From a virus (Duplodnaviria > Caudoviricetes): a stretch of 51,812 nt of DNA. Location of the stretch: positions 1 through 51,812 of IMG/VR virus record IMGVR_UViG_3300027847_002828. The stretch is one strand, 5' to 3'. Shown here piece after piece: positions 27,639 to 36,751 of the stretch (its first letter is position 1; the number at the start of each line of letters is the position of its first letter). Below the pieces are notes generated by a model. That model saw only the letters and a program-made list of their open reading frames with translations. It ran no database searches and had not been told where the DNA came from. A program made the translations under genes and the position numbers.

Positions 27639-28163
27639 ATGGCACTCACAATCACAACCGAGAATGCTGCGGACCTGCTCATCGCTTCAACCATCAGCAA
27701 GGAACAATTCGAGGCGTTCTTTGCTGCCACATTGGCCGACAAGGTCAAGGTGGTCCGGCAGGATACCACCAACGTCAAGCATACTGACAAGGGCGGGTTG
27801 TGGATACGGACCCCTGACATGGTCTGTCCAGTCAAGCCCGAATCCTACGCCAAGAAATTGGCCGATGGCAAGGCGGCGAAGGCAACCTACAACGCAGCCG
27901 TCAACATGCTGGATGGCCAGTGGCAAGCCTTCTTCACCTGTGATGATCGGGCGGGTTTGGCCGAAGCTTGTCGAGAGCATGGGGCTGGTTGCTTGGCCAG
28001 CGTCCTAGATTTCATCGACGGGCTTGGCGACGATGCCACCGTCGATACGGCCAGAATTGAGGCCGTCAGCATGAGCCGGATCGACGCCCATGCCAAGGCC
28101 GTCAAGGCTGCTGAGAAGGACGATGAGACAGACGCCGAGTATGCTGCCCGATCTGGCAAGTGA
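27639..28163 (+). CDS. Hypothetical early protein
   Basis: Start MALTITTE; Ala-rich, biased codons; followed by a terminator. Confidence 0.7.
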   Translation: MALTITTENAADLLIASTISKEQFEAFFAATLADKVKVVRQDTTNVKHTDKGGLWIRTPDMVCPVKPESYAKKLADGKAAKATYNAAVNMLDGQWQAFFTCDDRAGLAEACREHGAGCLASVLDFIDGLGDDATVDTARIEAVSMSRIDAHAKAVKAAEKDDETDAEYAARSGK

Positions 28164-28184
28164 GGCCGATACGGACCCGCTGCC

Positions 28185-28217
28185 AAGCCCCGCTGGACTA
28201 CGGTTCAGCGGGGCTTT
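28185..28217 (+). terminator. Intrinsic terminator with cUACGg tetraloop
   Basis: aagccccgctggac-tacg-gttcagcggggcttt. Confidence 0.7.
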
Positions 28218-28661
28218 CTGCGTTAACTCCGGAGCCTAGTCCGGGGCGGATCGAAAACGCCGAGGATCGTCTGTGCGGACTCGCAATCTTCGATCCGACA
28301 CATCCTACGCACAACCGATCCGGGTCGATTCTGAGCGATTCTGAGGACTCTGGAGCGTTATCGTGGCCAACGGGACCGACGAGATTTTGACCGATCCGAT
28401 CCAGATACCACCCACCCACTATGCCACAGTAGGTGCCAGGCACCCACGTTGTCTAGATACCGCCAGTAGCCTTGCCACTCCACTCAGTACGTTGGCCATG
28501 CCACTCCCTGGTACGTCAACAGACTGCCAGAACGACATCCTGTCAGGCCTGGCCTGGCGAGTGGCTAGCGAAGAGTGCCAGTGGCATCATAGTACAAATG
28601 GAAGCGACTCGTCATGTAGCACGGTCGCGTATGTTGTTGTTGTGTTAGCAGAGGAAAGATC

Positions 28662-28958
28662 ATGGCTATGGAATACACAGTTGCACAGTTGCAGAGTACG
28701 GAGGCTAGCAGCCTGGCGGACGATCTTGCATGGTTGCAAGGTAACCGGGTTACCCACTTTATCGAAGAGGATGGTGAGTTGGTATCCTGCCACGGTGAGT
28801 TTGTTGGTGATGAGCCTAGCCTTTGGCCAAGCGGTCTTGGTACGGAACAACACGTTGACCACCATGCCCAGTGGTACGTTGATGCTGTTGGTATCTCTCT
28901 TGTCAGCCGTACTGCTGGCAAGGTTTACATGCCTACCTTGGGTATCCCGATTGGCTAG
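28662..28958 (+). CDS. Hypothetical protein
   Basis: SD GAGGA; acidic 98 aa. Confidence 0.5.
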   Translation: MAMEYTVAQLQSTEASSLADDLAWLQGNRVTHFIEEDGELVSCHGEFVGDEPSLWPSGLGTEQHVDHHAQWYVDAVGISLVSRTAGKVYMPTLGIPIG

Positions 28959-29111
28959 CAGGATAGCCTGGGACGCTTGTTACCGACCCACCACCACCAT
29001 GGTCAGAAGCACACCTAGTGTTCCTGGCCATGGTAGGGAGGCGGGGATGTCTGGCTTGGGCTACTTGAGTATGCCGCCAGAGCAACCTAAGCCGCCAGAA
29101 AGAGAGCAACC

Positions 29112-29378
29112 ATGACTCAAATACTCTGGACTGCCGCCAATTTAGCAGCGATGGCACTGTTCGTATGGATGACCCTGAGACCCAAGCAGAAAGGAGAACT
29201 GGACTACACGATCACGGCTAGTCCTCCAGAGAGTGAGGCTGGTGGGTTCGATCTTGAGCCGCCAATGGCTAGTCGCTTGCACGGCAACCCAGGCTGCACA
29301 AAGGGCCATCTGCCTGCTGAGTACGCTGAGAAACTGGGTAAGAAATTACACATTGTCTACGGTTCACACAAAGACTAA
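29112..29378 (+). CDS. Hypothetical protein with N-terminal TM helix
   Basis: ILWTAANLAAMALFVWM followed by RPKQK. Confidence 0.5.
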   Translation: MTQILWTAANLAAMALFVWMTLRPKQKGELDYTITASPPESEAGGFDLEPPMASRLHGNPGCTKGHLPAEYAEKLGKKLHIVYGSHKD

Positions 29379-29395
29379 CGAGAAGGAAAGCAACG

Positions 29396-30262
29396 ATGAA
29401 TGAAGCACAACGCTACCCACTGACTGGTCAACAAGTCTTCTGGGACAACGCACCCACACCCCGTGAGGATCTTCGGAAGGTTCTCGATGCCCACAATCTG
29501 TCTGCTCTGCTGCCAGACGAGGTGACTAATGAGAAGGCTCTGAGACAGGCACTCTCTGGGTTCACCAGTGAGGTGCCAGCACCAAAGGGGCATGTCTGGC
29601 TGATCCGTGGACTGAAGAACCTCAAGCAGAATGGGTACGAGGTCAAGCTGGAGCGGAAGGACGAGACTGAGAACGACGCTAGTCAGGCGTTCCGTGTCAA
29701 GATCTTCAACCGCTTCGTCGTCATTGAGAATGACAATCAGTCGTTCTCTGCCATCCCCATGGTGCAGGTGGACAAGGAGCAGAGGATTCAGGAACTCTAC
29801 GATGAAGCCAAGGCTACCGTTCCTGGCTGTGACGTGGGAGCCATCCTGACAAGGATCTTGAAGACCTATCGTCCGATGGTCGTATCGTTACGTCCGATGG
29901 GCGGACTGTACTGGATCCCGGACGTACACAAGGTTGCGTTCGAGTCCTTCTGCGATGACCTGTTGGCTGCGTGTCCCGGTAACGTCGTCACTCCCATGAA
30001 CTGGGAGATGACTCCCAAGGGACTGAGCCGTGTCAAGGACTCCATGCTCAAGGAGATGCAGAAGGAATGCCAGTCACTGCTGGTTGATGTCCTCGATCCC
30101 ACCCTTGGACACGAGGCTATGGACAACAGGCTGAGACGGTGCATCGAACTTCAGGATGAAGTGACCCACTCTGACGAGATACTCGGTGAGTTCAGCGAGA
30201 CTCTCAATGCGATTCTTGCTTCAGCCAGACAAGCTGCCACACACGGACTGCTGAATTCCTAG
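29396..30262 (+). CDS. DUF6744/DUF3150-like protein
   Basis: VSLRPMGGLYWIP motif with C-terminal coiled coil; directly upstream of the AAA-vWA pair. Confidence 0.6.
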   Translation: MNEAQRYPLTGQQVFWDNAPTPREDLRKVLDAHNLSALLPDEVTNEKALRQALSGFTSEVPAPKGHVWLIRGLKNLKQNGYEVKLERKDETENDASQAFRVKIFNRFVVIENDNQSFSAIPMVQVDKEQRIQELYDEAKATVPGCDVGAILTRILKTYRPMVVSLRPMGGLYWIPDVHKVAFESFCDDLLAACPGNVVTPMNWEMTPKGLSRVKDSMLKEMQKECQSLLVDVLDPTLGHEAMDNRLRRCIELQDEVTHSDEILGEFSETLNAILASARQAATHGLLNS

Positions 30263-30302
30263 TAAGTCACCACAAGGACGCGGGCCACAAGGAGAGACTG
30301 AG

Positions 30303-31484
30303 ATGGTATCAATGGCTAATGCTACTGGCTGGGTTACAGCCCAAGTTGGCGAGACTCCCCTGTTCTCTGGGTCGCCTGGCTCAGTGAAGACTGAGGTTGC
30401 CAAGGCTTTCGTTCGCTGGGCTGGGAGGCAACCCTTCTGCCTCATTGGGTCGATCATCGACGCACCTGACGTAGGTGGCTACCCCGGCATCGTGGAGGTG
30501 GATGGTAAGAGGCATTGTGAGATGATGCCCCTTGACTGGGCGATGAAGACACATGATCAGCCCTCTGCCCTGATCATCGACGAGCTGACTACCAGCCCAC
30601 CACCTGTGCAGGCTGCCATGCTCCGCATCATCTGTGAGCGGAAGATTGGCAACTATGACCTGCCAGATGACCTGTGGATCATCTCCATGTGCAACCCTCC
30701 TGGCTGTGCAGCTAACGGGTTCGAGCTTGAGCCTCCGATGGCCAACAGGCTGGGTCACTACAAATGGAAGACTCCGTGGGACACGGTAATGGCTGGATGG
30801 AGAAACGGACTGAACTTCCCTGACGCTGATTACCCTGAGGTCCCTGACAACTGGATGGAGTACCAGCCAGCCATTGGGAATCTCTGTGCAGCCTTTCGTG
30901 AGCGGAAGCCTGAGTTGTTCGAGCCTGCTACCGACAGTGCTGGCAACATGAAGCTCTCTGACTCGGAGCAGGGTGGTGCATACGGGACTGCCCGTAGTTG
31001 GACTGCCCTACAGAAAGTCTGGGCTGGCCTTGAGTCAGTCGGTCTTGGTGACGAGGAGAAGTTTGAGGCTGGCGTAGCCTATGTCGGTGTCGATGCTGCT
31101 GCTGAGTTCGTCACCTACTGCAAGGAACTGGACCTGCCTGATCCTGAAGAGTGGCTGACTGCCTTCCATGACAACCCTTCTGCCGACTTCACTCCGCTAG
31201 ACAGGCCTGACCTGACGATTGCTTTCCTTGGCAGCTTGGAATACGCCGTCAAGAAAGACAACACCAAGGAACGGTGGGAAGCAGCGATGGCTCTTCTCAA
31301 CAGCCTTGTCACCAAGCAGGGACAGAAGGTGTTTGTCGTCGAGACTGGACAGGCACTCCACGGCAAGGACAGTGACGGTGTCAGCTATGCGAAGCACAAC
31401 TATACCCTGCCTGCAACACTCGGTGTGGAGCTTCAGTCCATGCTGCGTGCCAGGCTCAACGCCAGTGACAGAAGGAGTGCATGA
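30303..31484 (+). CDS. MoxR-type AAA+ ATPase
   Basis: GSPGSVKT (variant Walker A), LIIDEL, PPMANRL, TARSW. Confidence 0.85.
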   Translation: MVSMANATGWVTAQVGETPLFSGSPGSVKTEVAKAFVRWAGRQPFCLIGSIIDAPDVGGYPGIVEVDGKRHCEMMPLDWAMKTHDQPSALIIDELTTSPPPVQAAMLRIICERKIGNYDLPDDLWIISMCNPPGCAANGFELEPPMANRLGHYKWKTPWDTVMAGWRNGLNFPDADYPEVPDNWMEYQPAIGNLCAAFRERKPELFEPATDSAGNMKLSDSEQGGAYGTARSWTALQKVWAGLESVGLGDEEKFEAGVAYVGVDAAAEFVTYCKELDLPDPEEWLTAFHDNPSADFTPLDRPDLTIAFLGSLEYAVKKDNTKERWEAAMALLNSLVTKQGQKVFVVETGQALHGKDSDGVSYAKHNYTLPATLGVELQSMLRARLNASDRRSA

Positions 31485-32701
31485 TGGGTCAGAAGTTTGG
31501 AATCGACGAGAGTAGGTTCGTAGTTTATCAACAACTCCCTTATCTACAGAGGCACATCAATTCCCTTATCCCGGTAGAGTCACCGGGTCTGGGTACATGC
31601 GCCATGGACCAGCATGGTCGTCTATACTACGACCCTGACGTGTTCACTAATTGGACACTGAAAGAGTGCGGTGGGGTATGCCTCCACGAGCTACTCCATG
31701 ACGTGCTCAACCACTGTAGCAGGGCTAAGGACCTGTTTGGGGACCATCCCTCACAGGAACAGCTTGAGAAGTGGAACATTGCCTGCGACATCGTGATCAA
31801 CCCCATAGTCAGGGATGCTAACTTCAACCTGCCAGAAGGCTGCGTCTGGCCCTCTGACTACGGGTTCGACGAAGGCCTGACGGAGCTGGAATACTACCAA
31901 GCTCTGCCAGACAAGCCTGAGCGACCGGGACGTAAGACTCCTGGTGACGGTGACGGAGGTGATCCTAGCGACTCACCTGAAGGTGGCTCCTGCTCTGACG
32001 GGCAGGAAAGGGATTGGGAGCTTGGCCCACCCACCAAGGGTAACCCCGGCATGAACGGGGTGGACAAGAAGATTCTTCAGGCGCAGACAGCCAAGTCTGC
32101 TGAAGAACACTCGAAGACCAAGGGTTCGCTGCCGGGTGCTATCTCCCGTCTGTGCGACGATATCCTTCGCCCGACTGTTGACCCGAGGAAGCTGCTCCAA
32201 TCGGCTGTAAGGTATGCTGTTGCCTCTGTGAGGGGTCACCAGAACCTGAACTGGAAGCGTCCGTCACGACGACAGGTTGCCGGGTGCGGTATGCTGCCGT
32301 CTCGACAGGATCCTCTTCCCAAGGTTGCGATACTGGCTGACACGTCAGCTAGTATGAACAAGAAGGACCTAGAGATGGCACTCGGTGTCATCGACAAGGT
32401 TCTGACCGCACACCAGACCAGCATCACGGTCTACGCTGGTGATGCTTCACTGGGTGTGGCTCAGGACGTCTTCAACGTGAAGAAGGTTCAGTTTGATCAG
32501 GCTGGTGGAGGTACTGACATGGGTGGCCTGGCCACTGAGATTCAGGAACTCTCCGACCCTGATGTGATCATCATCTGTACCGATGGAGAGACTGACTGGC
32601 CGACTGAGAAGCTGAGGGCCAAGACGGTGGCTTGCGTCACCCGTGAGTCGAACTACTACCCAGTTCCTGACTGGATGACGAAGGTCCAGCTTGAAGTATG
32701 A
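31481..32701 (+). CDS. Metallopeptidase-like plus vWA domain protein (DUF2201-like)
   Basis: HELLH (HExxH), WNIACDIVIN; MIDAS DTSASM, GGGTD, TDG. Confidence 0.88.
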   Translation: MMGQKFGIDESRFVVYQQLPYLQRHINSLIPVESPGLGTCAMDQHGRLYYDPDVFTNWTLKECGGVCLHELLHDVLNHCSRAKDLFGDHPSQEQLEKWNIACDIVINPIVRDANFNLPEGCVWPSDYGFDEGLTELEYYQALPDKPERPGRKTPGDGDGGDPSDSPEGGSCSDGQERDWELGPPTKGNPGMNGVDKKILQAQTAKSAEEHSKTKGSLPGAISRLCDDILRPTVDPRKLLQSAVRYAVASVRGHQNLNWKRPSRRQVAGCGMLPSRQDPLPKVAILADTSASMNKKDLEMALGVIDKVLTAHQTSITVYAGDASLGVAQDVFNVKKVQFDQAGGGTDMGGLATEIQELSDPDVIIICTDGETDWPTEKLRAKTVACVTRESNYYPVPDWMTKVQLEV

Positions 32702-32718
32702 CCACAAGCTGCTGCCGA

Positions 32719-32767
32719 TAGCAGGGTGGCGGCGGGCGGAGAGTTCCGCTTGCCGTCGCCACTGCTA
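32719..32767 (+). promoter_or_regulatory. Long GC-rich hairpin (processing site or terminator)
   Basis: tagcag..gtggcggcgggcgga / tccgcttgccgtcgccactgcta, no U-tract. Confidence 0.5.
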
Positions 32768-32816
32768 AGGCACGCCGACACCGTACACCTACACCACTAA
32801 ACATAAGACGACAACC

Positions 32817-33281
32817 ATGAGCTATAAAGAACGCCGGATGGCCGAACAATATCTGAAGACTGACCTTAGTGAGATACTAGACAAACTTGAGGAATCTTCC
32901 GAAAGGCCTATAGGCCGACGTAACGCTAGGAGTGTTGCTGCCGGGTTTGTAGTAAATCTACAGAACCACATTCAGAACAATTACCCCCCGATAAGTAAGC
33001 CTAAAAGCGACACGGCGAGAGCAACGCACATAACGTGTCCTGATTGTCATGCTATACGTTGCTCTAGTTTCACTCTGGTACAACACATCATGAGCATGCA
33101 CTCCCGCATGATAGGCATTGATTACAACTCACCTAAACACGGCCTGCGCTGCGTATGTGGAAAGACCTTCAAGGGTAAGACGGGGCTAGCTGCACACCTG
33201 TCTTACCAGCACCGAATTGGTACACTAGAGTCTCACTGGGCAACCGGCACCACAACCATGTTCTTGGAAGGAAAGCTATGA
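32817..33281 (+). CDS. Protein with two C2H2-type zinc fingers
   Basis: CPDC-x9-LVQHIMSMH and CVCGKTFKGKTGLAAHLSYQH. Confidence 0.7.
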   Translation: MSYKERRMAEQYLKTDLSEILDKLEESSERPIGRRNARSVAAGFVVNLQNHIQNNYPPISKPKSDTARATHITCPDCHAIRCSSFTLVQHIMSMHSRMIGIDYNSPKHGLRCVCGKTFKGKTGLAAHLSYQHRIGTLESHWATGTTTMFLEGKL

Positions 33282-33895
33282 CCAAACCAGTATTGACAGA
33301 GGGACACATCCATAGACAGACATCTAGGGATGAGAACGGGAACCACAAACATCTAAAAGGTAAGTGTTGCCCAGTGTGTAAGCAGGGAGCCAACTTCAGA
33401 ATCGACGTGATGCTCCAGGGTTATCTCACTGATGAGGGGCTAGTGGTCTCGAAAGGACAGGAAGACAGCATAGCAGACTACTCCAAAGTCTCCTGTGCTA
33501 ACCGTAACATGGCGGTCGAGGGTGACTGCAAATGGTACGGGTACTACCGTGATATGGAAGTCATGGACACAGAGACGTGGCCTGAGTTCAAGGAGGGAGA
33601 CAGAGTCATCAGTTTCGGATCAAGACAGAACTCTGGCTGGAAACAGACATGGGAGTGTGCTGTCTACGTTGCAAAGCAGAGGCGCAGGGATGGAGTGGTG
33701 ACATGGAGACGTGATGGAGAGCCATTCCTAAGCACCACTAATGTTTCCGTTGCACATAAATACTGTAGTAAGAAGCAGAGGGAGATCGAAGAAGCCGATG
33801 GGGTCAAGCTGAGGATTATGCAGGGCATCAAGCGTGGTACTGTGATTCTCAATTCCGACACCGCTACCGACCACCTGATGAGAGGGGGAGCGTAA
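33278..33895 (+). CDS. Hypothetical protein (Zn-ribbon-like Cys pairs)
   Basis: CPVC...C...C; coupled ATGA. Confidence 0.6.
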   Translation: MTKPVLTEGHIHRQTSRDENGNHKHLKGKCCPVCKQGANFRIDVMLQGYLTDEGLVVSKGQEDSIADYSKVSCANRNMAVEGDCKWYGYYRDMEVMDTETWPEFKEGDRVISFGSRQNSGWKQTWECAVYVAKQRRRDGVVTWRRDGEPFLSTTNVSVAHKYCSKKQREIEEADGVKLRIMQGIKRGTVILNSDTATDHLMRGGA

Positions 33896-33900
33896 GAGAT

Positions 33901-34090
33901 AGGGTGATCCCGCCCTTAACGGCGATAACCCTGTGTCCATCAAGATGCACAGGGTGCGTAGCCAGGGGATCGGTATGCTCAGAGAGCCGTGGGAAGAACC
34001 TTCTGCTAAGGAGCCAGAGGGTCGCGTCATTGAAACAGTGGCGTGCTTTCCGAGACTGACACCACCACAGTCTGCCTGATCCTGAGCGGT
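33901..34090 (+). ncRNA. Candidate structured intergenic RNA
   Basis: Multiple stems: accctgtg/cacagggt, ggatcgg/ctgatcc, gcgtcattg/cagtggcgt, agactg/cagtct. Confidence 0.35.
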
Positions 34091-34122
34091 GGATTTTATA
34101 CACAATATTCTAAGGACGACTG

Positions 34123-34479
34123 ATGTATCACACTGAAATGCAAGCGTGCCAACACAGCCTTCTATGTGCAGCTCAGTTAGCAAGGGATCATATTGCCATG
34201 CATGTAGGCCTCACTCGGCCTGACCTGCCAGACATGGAGGTTCTGAAAGTACTCGGCAAGCTGGACACTGCCATCCAGAACATGACTATGCCCGGTCTGC
34301 GGCCAGAGGAGATGCAGCACTGGGATGAGTATGAGGAGTTCCCTGTAGCAGACTGGAGGGAGGAGGTTGTGAACGACAATACCCGCATGGGGTATCACGA
34401 GTGGGCTGACTGCGCTGAGGCAGTCCGTGACGAGGAGGAGTATGACAAGGAACAGACTACAACAGAGGAGGAGGTCTAA
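34123..34479 (+). CDS. Acidic hypothetical protein
   Basis: FPVADWREEVVNDNTRMGYHEW; SD AAGGA. Confidence 0.65.
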   Translation: MYHTEMQACQHSLLCAAQLARDHIAMHVGLTRPDLPDMEVLKVLGKLDTAIQNMTMPGLRPEEMQHWDEYEEFPVADWREEVVNDNTRMGYHEWADCAEAVRDEEEYDKEQTTTEEEV

Positions 34480-34481
34480 GT

Positions 34482-34709
34482 ATGAGAGGCACACAACCAA
34501 AGCACCCGGATGTCTACGTCCCACTGAATGGTGAGGACGGCAACGCCTTTGCAATACTGGGTCGGGTCACTCAAGCCTTGAAGAGTGCTGGTGTATCCCG
34601 TGAGGAGATCAAAGCGTTCCGCCTGGAGGCAACGTCTGGTGACTACAACAACCTGCTGCAAGTTGTCCTGTCATGGATCAACGAGGGCGGCGAAGAGGAG
34701 GACGAGTGA
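34482..34709 (+). CDS. Conserved small phage protein
   Basis: LNGEDGNAFAILGRV...ALKSAG...EATSGDYNNLL. Confidence 0.75.
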   Translation: MRGTQPKHPDVYVPLNGEDGNAFAILGRVTQALKSAGVSREEIKAFRLEATSGDYNNLLQVVLSWINEGGEEEDE

Positions 34710-35491
34710 TGCCGAAGGTTTGTGCCTACCTGCGTGTCAGCAAGGACGAACAGAGCCTCAACGGCGAGTCTCTGGATGATCAGGCTGCAAGGTCTACGGC
34801 ATACTTCGATCTTCTCAAGACCATGCCCACTTCAGACTCCGGTCTGGAGTGGGGAGGGTTCTTCTTTGAGAAGGGAGAGAGTGCGTGGAAGACTAGGCTC
34901 GTTGATCGTGAGGAGGGACGTCGGCTCAACAAGATCCTTGAGCGTGACGATCACATTGTATTCCTTCGGATGGACAGAGCCTTCCGATCAGTGCAGGACT
35001 TCACGACAACGCTCCCGATGTGGGAGCAGCGTGGGATTACGATTCACTTCATCGACCAGTCCGTGAACCTGTCCACGCCGAACGGAAAGTTCTTCGCAAA
35101 CGTACTCGTTGCTGTGGCACAGTGGGAGAGCGACATCAAGAGTCTGCGTAACAGGGAGGCTGCCGCCAAGCGTAAGTCCGAGGGAAGGATGAACACACGT
35201 CAGCCGCCAATAGGTTACATGGCAGTAGGGAAGCGTAACGTACTGGTCAAAGACCCTGCCCAGATAGCCATCATGCGTCTCATATTCTTCATGAGGACCA
35301 AGAATGGCTACAGCTACGACCTCATCAGTGACAAGGTTGAGGAACTACTGTCCCAACGGGACGGCAGAGTCTTCCGCCGACGCAACGGGTTCGATGGCTC
35401 ACGTCCTTGGCCAAGAGACAGGGTGCGCAAGGCGTACCACAGGTACGAGAAGATCGTTGCGTCCGACGAGCCTGTCTACACGGAGAGGTAG
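34709..35491 (+). CDS. Serine recombinase (resolvase domain plus short C-terminal domain)
   Basis: AYLRVSKDEQ (catalytic Ser), RMDRAFRS, STPNGK, PPIGY; start at the TGATG overlap. Confidence 0.9.
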   Translation: MPKVCAYLRVSKDEQSLNGESLDDQAARSTAYFDLLKTMPTSDSGLEWGGFFFEKGESAWKTRLVDREEGRRLNKILERDDHIVFLRMDRAFRSVQDFTTTLPMWEQRGITIHFIDQSVNLSTPNGKFFANVLVAVAQWESDIKSLRNREAAAKRKSEGRMNTRQPPIGYMAVGKRNVLVKDPAQIAIMRLIFFMRTKNGYSYDLISDKVEELLSQRDGRVFRRRNGFDGSRPWPRDRVRKAYHRYEKIVASDEPVYTER

Positions 35492-35865
35492 TCTTCGGCA
35501 TGACCGAGGGCTACCATCTCCTGGTTCAGGTTGACCAGTGTGCCGTCAGGCTTACGCTTGCCGATGATCTCTATAAGCCAGCGACCATACTTGCCAGAAG
35601 CGTCCATATCGTTTTTGGAACTCTGCTTGTGAGTCTTCACCGAGTGTGACCACATCTCTGTGGACAGTGAATACTTGTTCAGCAGATTCGTCAACGCTAT
35701 CTTGGCCCGCTTGCCCTCATCGGTCTTCATCTCCTGTGCGTTGATCGCATAGAGCCTTGCCTTCATGCGGAAGGCTATGCCAAAGCCGCAGTCAACGATG
35801 ACCTCCACGCTGTCTCCGTCGATCACTCTCATGATCTGAGCGTTGTAGACGTATCGTGTTTTCAT
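35476..35865 (-). CDS. Thermonuclease (SNase-like)
   Basis: RVIDGDS, RLYAINAQE, KYGRWL, NLNQEMVALGHA. Confidence 0.88.
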   Translation of the reverse strand: MKTRYVYNAQIMRVIDGDSVEVIVDCGFGIAFRMKARLYAINAQEMKTDEGKRAKIALTNLLNKYSLSTEMWSHSVKTHKQSSKNDMDASGKYGRWLIEIIGKRKPDGTLVNLNQEMVALGHAEDYLSV

Positions 35866-36341
35866 GGCTCCACCGTAGCCTTGATCTGGCCTTCGACTGA
35901 TTCGATCAGCAAATCGAACTCTATCGGCGTGACTTTTGTATCACCAGGGGCCAGGGGTTTGGACGACTCCACGTTTCCAGGAGGAGGTGGGGTTTGGACG
36001 ACGTTGTTTACAGCCCCTCCGGTGGATGCGTCAGCGAGCATCTGCATCCCCACAGTTCCAAGTCCACCGGCTCCGAGCAAACTTGCGGCCAACAGTGCGC
36101 CCTTGAGCAGGCCGCCGTTGTTATGAACGACGGTGTTGCTGGCTGGATGAGATGGATATGTTCCCACGTCTATATCTCCCAGACCCATGGCCATCGCTTC
36201 CGACTTCCTTCTTATCTTCAGTCGGTGTTCAACGTCATGTGTCCAAAGATTCGACAGCAGCGACCGAGCTTCGCGTGCTGATGATGCCGTCTTCGTCACT
36301 TCCGCTATGCAGTCGTGGTGTGGTGGGCTGCTCTCCGTCAT
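35862..36341 (-). CDS. Hypothetical single-pass membrane protein
   Basis: LLKGALLAASLLGAGGLGTVG; SD GAGGAG. Confidence 0.65.
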   Translation of the reverse strand: MTESSPPHHDCIAEVTKTASSAREARSLLSNLWTHDVEHRLKIRRKSEAMAMGLGDIDVGTYPSHPASNTVVHNNGGLLKGALLAASLLGAGGLGTVGMQMLADASTGGAVNNVVQTPPPPGNVESSKPLAPGDTKVTPIEFDLLIESVEGQIKATVEP

Positions 36342-36513
36342 TGGTGTCTCCTCTCACCCAGTCCACCATGGCCATATCCAGCGCGTGGAGGCTTTCCATC
36401 GTGCGACTGCTCTGCTCACCGACGCGCAGGCATGCCGTCACCGCTTCGATCAAAAGACCACGGTCGTCAAGATCGACTAACCGCTCTGCCTCCACACGCA
36501 ACTCATCATCCAT
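36235..36513 (-). CDS. Hypothetical protein
   Basis: Fills the operon gap; overlaps the next gene by about 100 nt. Confidence 0.5.
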   Translation of the reverse strand: MDDELRVEAERLVDLDDRGLLIEAVTACLRVGEQSSRTMESLHALDMAMVDWVRGDTNDGEQPTTPRLHSGSDEDGIISTRSSVAAVESLDT

Positions 36514-36550
36514 GCCCTAACCCCTGCCTGGCAAAACAGTCTAGGGCAGA

Positions 36551-36751
36551 CTAACCGGCGTTGATGGGTGCTTCACGGTGCATGATCTGCCGGATGGCTG
36601 CTGCCTGTACCGGATCAGTCTCGGCGTGCAGCTTGAGCATCACGCGATCAAGGATCGCCATGAAGTTCGTACTGGCGTCCGACTGGCGTGCCAGACGTTC
36701 GCCACTTGCTGCCGTCAACAACTCTTGCAGGTTCACATTTCCTTCGGCCAT
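36551..36751 (-). CDS. Small helical hypothetical protein
   Basis: TAATG-coupled to the protease gene, SD GGAG. Confidence 0.65.
   Translation of the reverse strand: MAEGNVNLQELLTAASGERLARQSDASTNFMAILDRVMLKLHAETDPVQAAAIRQIMHREAPINAG

Noticed and set aside
28363-29115. 250-aa plus-strand ORF
   Set aside because: Atypical composition and no motif; 28662-28958 has the better SD
33896-34122. Cobalamin riboswitch, hammerhead or tRNA identity for the structured region
   Set aside because: Only fragments (GGGAAG, AGCCAG, GAAAC) are present; core order and motifs do not match
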